The position numbers and the translations under genes are program-made. Source: Adineta vaga (lineage: Eukaryota; Animalia; Rotifera). From it: a DNA stretch of 64,000 nt. This document shows, in pieces, positions 1-11,364 of the stretch. The DNA is taken from the NCBI GenBank assembly GCA_021613535.1, contig CP075494.1:4030001-4094000 (forward strand), in the 5' to 3' direction. Under the pieces are notes generated by a model that saw only the letters and a program-made list of their open reading frames with translations, searched no databases and had not been told where the DNA came from. Every line of letters starts with the position of its first letter. The first letter of the stretch is position 1.

Positions 1-1275
1 TGTAAAAAACGGGGAGATATCCGTGGAAAAAAGATGTTCAACGAATAGAATACATATATATAGTATTTTGTAGTATCTGTTGTGAGCCGCCAAACAATAT
101 ATATAAAAGTACTTCCAAGTGATGTATATACATGTGTATGTAAAACAAGTTGTGCAAATTTTTTGTTGGCAACAGTTGCACTTTTAAATAATGTAATTGT
201 AAAGAAATGTGAATATGAATACTGAAATATTCTTCTCATTGTTCACATTGACACTTGAGGAATGAAGATTCAATGAAAATTTTAAAATAATTGTCTGTAA
301 AGCAAATATTGAGGGTGGATGTGGGCGAAGACAATAACGATATCCACACCTACACCCTCAAGATGGTATGTTACTGATTTAGAGAGAGATAATAGATGAA
401 ATAGAATATTGACAGAATTAGATACATTTGGATTTGACAACAGAACATGTCTTCGTGATTATTAGAATAAAGAATTTTTTTTAAAATATACAAATCATAA
501 AAACGCATGATTTCTTACAATCAACAAGTGATAAAATCATTTGATAATAAACTGTAACATATAAAGAACATTGAGAGATATTCATCAGTATAAATAGTGA
601 TCGTACTAAGATAGAAGTAGATTTTCTCTCAGACTATGTGACGTGAGAAATGTTATTTGCCCGCAAAACGTGTCATTTGTTCCGTTAGTCTCACTATTTT
701 TACTTTTTACCAAACTATAATCATGATTTATATTCCATTCGAATTTGAAGCACGTTCCAATGTATTTATTAGCTCAAATCCTTTTTTAGTTTTTTATTTG
801 AATCAGAAATTCTATCGATTGTTTTTATTTACTCATATTGTAGCTGTTAAAAGGGCGTAGTCATAATAGTTGAATCATTGTATAAGATCAAAAAATAATT
901 TTATGACTAACTCTCACTCTAATTAATGAAGAAGAAACTCAAATTTTAACGATTATTTCAATTAAAATCAATTATTTTTGTCATCAAACATCATCTTGTA
1001 ATTGTACTATGTTGTTTTTTTCTCTTTTTGAATATATCAATGTATATTCTGACGCAGGTAAACGAAAAGAATAAGTCACGTGGTATAAATATAAACATTT
1101 AAACTACCATTATTTACGCTTGACTAGTTTTGAGAGAAAATGTAATCGATACCGAAAAAAAAGAATGATATTTTTCATTTATTTATGATCAATATTACAA
1201 ATCAAAATTCTAAAAGTAAGTTTTTTGGTGAAAGATTAAATTTTTAGTGTAAATATCAAGCTATCAATCGATAAA

Positions 1276-3357
1276 ATGCAATCTAATATGACGAACGTAG
1301 AACTGCGTCCAACAGTATCAAATCGTATTCTTCAAAACATTTTTCTAATTTGGCTTGATTCAATTATCAGTAGACCAAATGATAGTCATCATCATCATAT
1401 TCTTAAGCAACTACATGGCATCGTCGACACATTTAGTGATGTTGATGATTGTATTGACTTTCTTACTGAAATTAAACACGAAAAAGTATTTATGATTCTA
1501 TCTAGTACTTTCAGTCGATATATAATACCATATTCGTACACGGTGTACCTCAACTTCATGCAGTTTATGTATTTTCTGATGACATGGTAATCGAGACACA
1601 TAGATCGATTCTATGTGTAATGCATTGAAACAGGCAACACGACAATATGATCGAACTTTAGTATCTGTTAGTTTTCTTTCAACGGATGATGCAACAAATC
1701 CAAATTTAAATCAACTACATCAATCATTCATGTATTCACAGATATTAAAAGAAATTTTGATAGAAATTAATTACGACGTCGAAACAGCCATTAAAAATTT
1801 GATTGCGTATGTTCTTCATAAAAACATTGAACAACTGCATGCGGAACAAAGAAACGATTATGAAATGCCACGAATCACTGTGTATCGAGGTCAAGGTTTA
1901 TCGAAAGATGGTTTTGAAAAAATGATGAAAACGAAGGGTGAACTCATGTCATTCAATAATTTCTTATCGACGAGTATTGATCGAGATGTTGCCTTTACAT
2001 TTGCTGACAGTATTCATTGTTCGACAGATTTGATAGCAATCAGTTTTGAAATCATTATAGATACAACGATCTCATCGTTTCCTTTTGATAATTTTGAGAA
2101 GATTAGTCAGTTCAATGAAGAAAAGGAAATTATATTCTCGATGCATACTGTTTTTCGAATAGGTGATATTGAAAGTCTACACAAAAGTAATCGATTTTGG
2201 TAGGTAAAACTTACTTTAACGAATGATAATGATAAAGAAGTCTGTGATGTAACCAACAAAATACGAGAAGTAACTCGAGAAGAATCAGTTGGACCATATC
2301 GATTAGAAAATTTCTAGTCATATTAGGAGAATATGATAAAGCTAAACAAATTATATGAGGTAATGCTCGATTCAATATCTGCTGATCATGCGAAGCGACA
2401 TATTTATGGGCAGCTTGGAGTAATCAACGGCTACCAAGGTCATTGGAAAGACTAACTACCGACAACGATTCGAATATAGCTGGTCTTTATAATAATATTG
2501 ATATGTTACGCTATAATATGGGCGAACATTCTACGGCACTCCATTTTTATCAAATCGCACTTAATATTGTAGACAAACCAAATAGACCAGCTGATTTTGT
2601 CTTGGCTACTATCGATAACAACACTGCTTTAGTATATACAGAGATAGAGCATTGTTCACAAGCGTATGAATTTCACAAGAAATCACTTAATATCCATCAG
2701 AAAATCCTTCCTTCTCTTCATCCACAGTTGGCTCTATCGTACAACAATCTTGGTTTGGTCGCTCACAATATGAGAAACTATGCGGAAGCACTAATGTTTT
2801 ATGAAAGAGCACTTAACATCTATGAAAGAATATTGCCTGTAAATCATCCTAACTTGGCTGCTATATATAATAATCTTGGTGGAGTTTATGAAAACAAGGA
2901 CGACTATTCAAAAGCACTGGAATATCATAATAAATCATTAGAAATTTACCGCATAACTCATCCTCCGAATCATCTCGATCTAGGTATTTCTTATAATAAT
3001 ATTGTTTTTGCATATTTCAATGTCGAAGATTACTCAAAAGCGTTATTATTCCATGAAAAAGCACTTCAAATCTATCAGAGAACACTCCCTTCAGATCATC
3101 CGAAATTAGTTCAATGCTATGACAATATCTGTGCTTTATATTTCGAAACAGAAGAATATACGAAAGCAGTTCAACATTGTGAGAAGGCTTTTGAAATTCG
3201 TCAAAGAATTTTACCTTCAACTCATCACGAATTGGCTATATGGTCAAACAATACTGGAGCATTGTATCAAAAGCTACATGAATATTCGAAAGCACTTTCG
3301 TTTTTTCAATGTGTTTTTGACATTGCACAGCAATCAATACCTTCCAATCAACCATGA
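1276..3357 (+). pseudogene. Decayed receiver-like/ADP-ribosyltransferase/TPR gene
   Basis: N-domain (FLIWLD...KVFMILS), ART motifs VYRGQ, FLSTS and EEKEII, then TPRs (LALSYNNLG, LAAIYNNLG). Broken by a frameshift near 1550, loss of the helical WYT..F.Y..LN.ALR segment near 1810, an in-frame TAG at 2201-2203 (FW*VKLTLT), and further frameshifts at 2300-2440. Confidence 0.85.
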
Positions 3358-3843
3358 ATCTTTTTAGAAATCGTGATCATAGTTTAACGCAAAATACTCG
3401 GTCGGATGCTTAAGTTGTTCTTTTTTTGAAAAAGAAATCATCATCGATCATGACGGACATCTATTTATCGTTTCTGTCCTCTTACCTTTGATAATGATCG
3501 TTCGATCAATAGGTTTTCTTTTGTATTCTGTACGATCGAAAAAACATTTGGGTGGGGCATTATGTGAGCAAAATTCAACAGTATATATTGTACTGCGTCA
3601 TCCCATTGTTTATTTATATCGTTGACGACTGTATTGGATGAATCAACAAGAAGGTAGGAGCGTGCACTTTTTACAGAAATAACCTTGCAATAGAAAATAT
3701 TTTAGAATCACAATAGTGATGCAAATAGAGATAATCAATATACCATAAGTGGTCTCTCGAAAGAACAAGAATTATTTATTTAAATGTTTTCAAGATTAAC
3801 AATTTTTGTTCATTTTTTAGATAAAAAAGAAAAGAATTTTTCA

Positions 3844-4443
3844 ATGAAGTTTCTTCCTACTATTTTTCGAATCTTCAATATCAATTTTCAACCAACAAAT
3901 TCTGAACATATTGATATGGATTCTGTCCAAACACGTCTCTACCCCGGTGCTCATATTGCAACTGGAAATCCTTACGATTACTTTCATCATGGTATTGTTA
4001 TTGATCCAACAACAGACGATATTTCGATTGTTCACTTTTGGGGTCATAAGAAACGAGAAGCTCATGTTCAAACAACGACTCTATCAACATTCATTTCTGG
4101 TAGTAGTACTAGAGTTGCTTCAAAAAACCGACAATTGTATTTAGTCCATTATGAAAATGATACATTTGAAAAGCAACAAGAAACTTGTCAACGAGCAAAA
4201 GATATGCTGATTGAAACACCTTATAATTATAAGTTTCATCTACTTCGATTGAACTGCGAAAGTTTTGCTCGTTTCTGTCGAACGAAAGAATGGAAAAGTG
4301 AACAAGTAACAATATTAAAACGTTTTCCATTGAACAACATTCGAAATATTTATAGAAGAATCAAATGTAGAACAAATCGAAATGTCCATAACTCGACAGA
4401 ACCGATCCAAGCCAATTATATCAATAATGTTTTTTCAATATAA
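3844..4443 (+). CDS. LRAT/PLAAT-like (permuted NlpC/P60) acyltransferase/hydrolase
   Basis: YFHHGI, VHFW and LNCESFARFC match the His-His-Cys (NCExF) LRAT signature; start codon uncertain (3784, 3844 or 3916). Confidence 0.8.
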   Translation: MKFLPTIFRIFNINFQPTNSEHIDMDSVQTRLYPGAHIATGNPYDYFHHGIVIDPTTDDISIVHFWGHKKREAHVQTTTLSTFISGSSTRVASKNRQLYLVHYENDTFEKQQETCQRAKDMLIETPYNYKFHLLRLNCESFARFCRTKEWKSEQVTILKRFPLNNIRNIYRRIKCRTNRNVHNSTEPIQANYINNVFSI

Positions 4444-4634
4444 AATATCTGTAAATAAACTTTTTCTCATTCCTTGACTGTATGAATGTAAATGTTTTAC
4501 TCAGATAACATTTACATCTATTATTGAGATAGACTTTACTAGATATCACTTATAAAAATGAAATGAAAATAATGTATGCACTATTGATTTATTTCTAATA
4601 AAGCAGCCAGAAAAAAAACTTGAATCAAGAGTTT

Positions 4635-5360
4635 TTATAACAAAGATTTATGTCGAATATAACCACTAAACTTTGTTTGAACAGATATTGATTGAACTTG
4701 AAAGTGATTATCAATGATTTCTTTGAATTTTTGAATGGTATCTTCATTTGAACAAACTATTTCGATTGTATGAATCGATGGCTTCTTCTCTGTTGTTGGC
4801 TGTTCTTTACCAGAAATATTTGTAATAACACCAATCAATTGTCGGTTACCATCGGATTCTTCAAAAGTCAGACATGTAACACAATTAACAACTGCATTCA
4901 AATGTTCATAAACATCTTGATCACATCCAGTGCATACAATAAGTAGTTGTACGTCATTATTCTCTGTTGAATTTCGATGAAAAAAGCCTTGTTGTAAGGA
5001 AACGTAGGTAACATGTAAATATTCATTAAGTATAGTAGAAGTTATTGATGAAAAGGGACTATTGCTATCACTTCGAATGCATAATTCTTTTCGACTTTTA
5101 CCAGTTGTTGTATCGAAAGCTTGTTGTAAGAGTTTACCAAATTCAGCATCACGTCCATGATCGAGAAATACTTGTTCATCACCATATATTTCAGTAAAAA
5201 TCAGTTTTGTTTTTTCTTCATTCGCATGTCGAAATACATATGTATATACTTTAGGATGATCACGATGAACAAGATCAGCCATTTTGTTCAAGGATTCCAG
5301 TATCATTGTTGCTGTTGATTCTGTAGTTGCATCAAATTCAACATATAATAAGAAAGTCAT
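4635..5360 (-). CDS. ABM (antibiotic biosynthesis monooxygenase)-like dimeric alpha-beta barrel protein
   Basis: LYVEF...MADLVHRDHPKVYTYVF...LIFTEIYGDEQVFLDH resembles the ABM/YgiN pattern; intronless; ATG at 5360. Confidence 0.6.
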   Translation of the reverse strand: MTFLLYVEFDATTESTATMILESLNKMADLVHRDHPKVYTYVFRHANEEKTKLIFTEIYGDEQVFLDHGRDAEFGKLLQQAFDTTTGKSRKELCIRSDSNSPFSSITSTILNEYLHVTYVSLQQGFFHRNSTENNDVQLLIVCTGCDQDVYEHLNAVVNCVTCLTFEESDGNRQLIGVITNISGKEQPTTEKKPSIHTIEIVCSNEDTIQKFKEIIDNHFQVQSISVQTKFSGYIRHKSLL

Positions 5361-5806
5361 GATTTGTTGTTGTTGTTCTTCTTCTTCTTCTATCTGCTTC
5401 ACACAATAACAACGGCTTAAATAGAACACGACAACGCGTTCTTTTACTTCAATGAGTCATCTCAACAATCTTTATCAAAATATCCATATAAGGTAATATA
5501 GATCCGATGACGGTTTGTGGAATTGTCAGTGTGACTAATCTAACAAAAAACTTAAATATCAATATACAAAGGATAATAGTGGCACATGGAAAGGGTAGAT
5601 TAGATCTGCTAACGTGTATTTTAATCAAGGGCGTGTAAGCCAATTGGCTGCGTTACAACCAGCGACGTCTATTTCTCTATCTATCAGCACATCGTTTGTA
5701 TTAAGCTGTTTCAAAATAGTAGTCTTGAATATTTATTAAAGATTATAGAAACAAGCACGAAGGATATTAAATATAATATCAATTTACTTTATTCGTTCCT
5801 ATGTAT

Positions 5807-6600
5807 TTATCCATTAGATTGTGACAAATCTATTCCTGTCGAATCATTCTCCAACTGGTTTTCCAATATTGTGGGCAAAAGCACTGTGTAGAATGTACCA
5901 GTAATAGGATACGATGCACTTCCCAATAAGCTTAAATATTACTTTTTTGCATCACTTGGTATACGAATGTGAAAAATGTCTGGATCATTAGTGGAATATA
6001 TGATATTACAGTTTAGTAAACATTAGACAGCATGTTTCCATAATAGACTTGATTTGTCCAAGCACGAACCGGAACGGCCGAGATTAAAGCACTGAGAATC
6101 GGCGTTGAAACAATAAGTTCAAAGATATTGCTAAAGGAAATAGTGTACCGTTGAGATGGATGAGTGGCAAGCTGGTTGAACGCTACATTATTAGTAGCAA
6201 TACCAGCAATGATATTAGTTGTGAAAAGGTGACTTTCTAGTTCGTGAAGACGTGATGTAGTTGCTATATCTGGAGCAGTGGAGAATACAACTACGACTCG
6301 AAGTCGACCACGACATTTTTCCCAACATAAAGTGTTGAAGGTTTTAATTCAGAAGTTATGTGTATTGTGCTAGATCTAAGCTTGATTTCATCGCTGAAGA
6401 CGAAGTTGTTCCGAACGGTAGAACTTTTTGTACAGCTGATTTTCCACCAAAGAAGTAAATACCAAATTGAGGACTTGAATCAGCTGGACTCAAATCAGTA
6501 GCAATGTTATTTAAAACGATTATTTTCATTTGATTGAATTGAAGAAAAGATAAAGATATGAACTGTGTACATCAACTAGCATCCATAGATCTACACCTTT
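5807..6600 (-). pseudogene. Decayed von Willebrand factor A (VWA) domain gene
   Basis: Manual minus-strand translation: DLWMLVD...FNQMK..LNNIATDL...QFGIYFFG...VLPF, then RVVVVFST...IIAGIATNNVAFNQLATHPSQRYTISFSNIFEL; interrupted by stops and frameshifts; absent from the ORF track. Confidence 0.6.
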
Positions 6601-6898
6601 CCTGTTTAGAGGATTAGTATACGTTCGTAGTGGTGGAACTGTCTCTACTAAAACAATTGCGAGAAGAAGAAAAACAATACGACAGATAGTCAACATATTG
6701 TGTAATGCTTACAGTTAAGAAATTATAAAATGTTTCTAATTTATAGTGCAGTTTATTATATGAGATAAATATAAAGATAACAAAATGTTTTTTTTTTCAT
6801 CTAAGAAGAAGAGCAAAGAAAAATGAAATCTTTTGTAGACGATAATGATAGAAGTTAGAACTAATGACAGCATCAAAAATAAAAATCTTTGTCTTGCT

Positions 6899-7900
6899 TT
6901 ATATTGTTCCACCACGTGTAACAACTGCAGTTGTATTTCGATTACCTGGTCGAATTTTTTTGATAATTGCAAAGAATTCTTTTCGAAATATTGTTCCTGT
7001 TAATGTATATAAATAGAATGTACTTGAATGTGCATAATAGGTCAATACACTTGTTATTCGACCGGATAAATTTTCTTGTGCAATTCGATATGTATCTTTA
7101 ACAACGGAAAGTGTTAATGATGTATAAAGTTGATGAATTGATATAGGTAATGTAAATATAAATATAATGAATACTTGTGCAATTAACATTCGTAATAATT
7201 GTCGATCTGTTCGTCGAATACTTCGTACTGGTTCATTTGTTCTTGGAATTATAAGACGATGTCGACGAAGATTACTTAATGTAAACAGCCCAAATAAAAG
7301 CATTAATATCGATGGACAAAATGAATAAAATATTAAATTCCAAAATCCAATAAATGTACGATAAGTACCTTTTCTTCCAAAACATGCTGGAGTTATATTT
7401 CCATATCGATCCAATGAAAAACTTATTTCATAATAAACAAGCATGTGAATATGTATTAAAAACATGATGATTATTATTATACAAATGGCTAATTTGGCTA
7501 TTTTTATTGAACTTAATCGACGAATATGAACGTTAACTGAACTATGAAAATATCGATCAATACATGCTAAAACAATAAACCACGATGATGATGACCGTGA
7601 TATATAAAATATATAAAATTCAATTTTACAAATTCCAAGATTATAATTTGCTTGATCAATATTGAAACTCACTGCTAAAAGACGTACTGGTTGTAAAATA
7701 AAAACATATATTAAACTAAATAATGTTGACCAAAGAAAATAAATAGTACAAGGTTCACGTCGCATAGATGCTCGAGTAAATATGATGGCATTAAATAGAA
7801 GTCCAATTCCACCGGTTACTATACTGATAATGGAAAGAATTAATACAATTAAAGCTGAAGCATTATTCAATTCTTCGATCGCTGGATTAATCGTTGACAT
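6899..7900 (-). CDS. Orphan rhodopsin-like 7TM GPCR
   Basis: Seven hydrophobic segments, CK at TM3 start, ACIDRY, FYLYTL..FRKE; intronless. Confidence 0.9.
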   Translation of the reverse strand: MSTINPAIEELNNASALIVLILSIISIVTGGIGLLFNAIIFTRASMRREPCTIYFLWSTLFSLIYVFILQPVRLLAVSFNIDQANYNLGICKIEFYIFYISRSSSSWFIVLACIDRYFHSSVNVHIRRLSSIKIAKLAICIIIIIMFLIHIHMLVYYEISFSLDRYGNITPACFGRKGTYRTFIGFWNLIFYSFCPSILMLLFGLFTLSNLRRHRLIIPRTNEPVRSIRRTDRQLLRMLIAQVFIIFIFTLPISIHQLYTSLTLSVVKDTYRIAQENLSGRITSVLTYYAHSSTFYLYTLTGTIFRKEFFAIIKKIRPGNRNTTAVVTRGGTI

Positions 7901-8560
7901 ATTAATATGATAATTAGAAGAAAATTTCGATGTTATTTTCCTTTCAAAAATACTGAAGATAATTAGTTTAACAACTTTTGAAAAGTCTCTCCAAATTTAT
8001 GCGTATTATAAGAAATGAAATTTGTTCTTTGGTTATAATAATGTGATTAGAAGTTTTCTTGAAATGACGTATACTAATGATAATATATTAACAAAAAAAA
8101 AAAGGAATTTAAATGAACCTCTAGGTTCTATTTCTGACGGGAATGTTTTAATAAAAATGATGTTTTCCCTAGGAACTTTTCAATTTTCTGTATACGACAA
8201 TTTCGTATTTTAATAAATTTGCTTTTGATCTTATGACGTACATATGCTCTCGGTCTAATTAAAATCCATGCTGAAATAGACAACATTCTGTCAGATTAAG
8301 AATATCATCAAATAAGTTGATTCCGAACATGAATTTCAAAATAAAATGAGAAAAGAATCGAGTAGATGTCAATAATTGAACAAGTGAAAAAAATCAATGT
8401 TTGTCTTTTTGTTGTCAAATCTTATGAATAGTAAATAACTTGTCTAAGTCCATTCACCTTCGGCATTTGATTATTCTATCACTCTTTCTCGTCTTCTATA
8501 CTTTTACAGACGTATCTTATTCTTTTGAAAAATAAGAAAGCATAAGTATAAATTGAACTA

Positions 8561-9458
8561 ATGAAATCGAACATTTGCATTACTTTCAATATGATATTAA
8601 TTCTGATAATTAATCCAATATTTTCAATTCGTGTTGGTTTTATTTCAAATACAACATATCTATCATCAAATATAATTCAGATACTTTTCAATTTAACTTG
8701 TACAGAATGTTCATGTATCGCTTTGTCATTGTCATTTGTCGGTTGGAATTGTATCAAAAATAATAAAACATGTCAATTTATTAATAATTATTCTTCAACT
8801 GATATGGGATTGATCACAACTATGAATTCAACTTTTTTATTCCAACAAATTCCATCAGAACCACCGATATCAACACTATTGAATGAGATTACAACAAAAC
8901 AATCGACTATTACAACGACAACTGGTATTTTAATTTTTATAATTTTCTTGTTCCTAATAAATATTAATGTTGTTTTTTTTCTTCTTAGTAATGATATCGC
9001 AGAATTCAACATTAGGTTCTATTTCGAGTATTATGGCAGCAAAAAATTATTGGGTACCATCTTTATTATATAGTTATTTAGCAAATGGATCAAAAAAGGT
9101 TACATTGAAAATTGTTTTAGAAACAAATAAGAAAGATGAATGGCATATAGATGATATTTCTGTACGTAATTCATCGTTAATAGAATTACTCATCAATGGA
9201 AATTTTGAAAGTACTCCACCAAATACCGGTTGGATAATAAATAAAAGTACTTGTGGTAACAATGCTGATTTCACTACCGGATTATCGTATTCATCAAGTA
9301 ATTCGTACTACGACAAATGCGATGGTATTGCCGTTTCATTATCACAATCCTTTAATGTAACTTTTGGCCAGGTATATGCGATTAATTTCTGGTATTATTT
9401 TATCGACAATCCAGGTGGTGGAGGAAATCCTGTACAAATAACTGTTATTATAGATTAA
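8561..9458 (+). CDS. Secreted protein: PAN/apple-like Cys module, Thr-rich linker, CBM4/9-like galactose-binding domain
   Basis: Signal peptide; CTECSC...WNC...TCQF; phase-1 intron 8925-8988 joins the two ORFs in frame; ELLINGNFE...GW...LSQSFNV..GQVYAINFW. Confidence 0.7.
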
Positions 9459-9517
9459 ATATCACGCATATTCATGTTTATTGAAGATTTCGTTAGTCTT
9501 TCTTCTTTGATTTATTT

Positions 9518-10540
9518 TTATGAAAGAATTTGTGGTTCAATTTGATTTGGATGAATTTGAGGAGTTCGCCATCGATGATAATAAATATCGAATAAAACAT
9601 ATTTTAATTGTCGACGAAATCGATTTGATGAACAAAAATAGATATAAAATGGACTCTAAATACACAGAAAATAAATATATTGAAAATCGATTGAAATTCT
9701 TACTGAAAAATAAAAATAATAAATAGCTGAACAAATTGATGAAACAAATTGAAGTCGTTTTAAACTAATTGAATCAAGATTTGGAATTAATAAAAGGAAA
9801 TAAACGATAATATATGGCGAAAGAATAAAAAGCGTAATGAAAACTTGTGTAAATACCATTAATGTTAATTGTTTTTCAAGTTCACGTCGAATAACTGGTA
9901 ATGCTCGATGGGATAATTGATGAATATTTTTGTAAGATAATAATCCAAATGTAATTAGAATGATTAAAGGAAGAATTCTTGAAAAGCCAAGTGCAGAAAC
10001 ATAATTAACATATTGTTGAAATATAACATTTGTTGTTGAACAAGTTAATGTTTGATTTGTTGAATAAGATAATTGAACATGCGTATAATAAATCAAATAC
10101 GGAATATTAATTATAAACCAAAAAAAGATTGTTACTCCACTTAAACGATGAGCTATTTTAATCTTACTCCATTGTTGCCATTGTAAATGAGATGATGTAG
10201 AGAAATATTGATCGATAATTGCTAAACAAATACATGTCATGGATATTAATGCACATGTTTGTAAAATATAAATTCGAAGTTTACAATAAATTAATGATGA
10301 TTGAGTCCAATCAATTCGATATCCACTAATTAATATACGAGTTAATTGCCCGAGAGTTAATGTACCAATATTAACAATTGATAAAATTGTTAAATAAAAT
10401 GCACATGAATTTTTTCGAAAAGTTTTTAAACTAAGAAATACGATTATGTTAAACAATCCACCAATACTACCTGTAATAAAAGCAACTAGACCAAAATAAA
10501 TACTTATTTCTTGAGATATCGATGTAAGTGATGTCGCCAT
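9518..10540 (-). CDS. Orphan rhodopsin-like 7TM GPCR (2 exons)
   Basis: YCKLR, AIIDQY; an intron after FYFS leads to last exon SPFYIYFCSSNRFRRQ...* ending at 9518. Confidence 0.9.
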
Positions 10541-11364
10541 TTCTTGCTTAATAATTCTCTGGAATATATTTTATGAATCTAGACATCGAGCACTATATCC
10601 AAAGTATAGTATAAGAAGAAAAAGATTATTTCTTCAGAAAGATGAGAAAAAGGAAAAAGTACTTTGCTTCTTAATTATATACAATGATATAAACAATCAA
10701 TTAAACATGGATAAGAACGTTATCAAAGTTCATCTCTTTTTATAGTATAAAGAGAAGCAATATTAATGAATGAAATGAGTTGAAAATGTTAGAGCATTTC
10801 TGTGTTCTGAATGATTGTTATAGATTTAGATATCTGTTAGGTAATAGTTTTGATTATTGAGAAGAGGGTTGCTACTACCAGTTACGAAAGTCTTTCTCTG
10901 TTAAAGGTTATATTTTCGAAGAATGTTTTTATTTAAGAATCCACGTGGAGAGAGAATATTTTATTTCAATTTTTTCTTCTGATACTATCGTGTGAATACC
11001 AAACACTGTTGCGTTCGGTCGGTAGAAGAAAAAGAAGTCGCACTTAAATCAACAGTATTATATACTGTTTAAAGAATTTTATTTTTACAATGCTGTTGTA
11101 ATCGTTGCTTTTTTTCTTCCAAGTTACACACCGTCTTTTCGTCAGTGTTTTGTAGAAAAAAAAAACCGGTTGTATTATTTATTCATTCGACGAAAGTATA
11201 ATATTAAAATTGTCAAGGTCTTTTTCATCTAATTGATTATCTTGGAACTACCATCGACGTAGTAAGTTAATATATTTTTTCTGTATTCTCTACTTCGTTA
11301 CTTCCTAACACTATTCTCCTTGATAAATGTTGATCATATAATCTTTAGTCATTCTTTGTTAAAC

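Noticed and set aside
1-174. Segment starting TGT and ending GGCAACA with a TATA-like box; possible solo LTR
   Set aside because: The left flank is outside the window, so a TSD cannot be tested, and there is no second copy.
2201-2203. In-frame TAG in the first ART gene as possible readthrough or recoding
   Set aside because: The same gene has several frameshifts and a deletion, so ordinary decay explains it.
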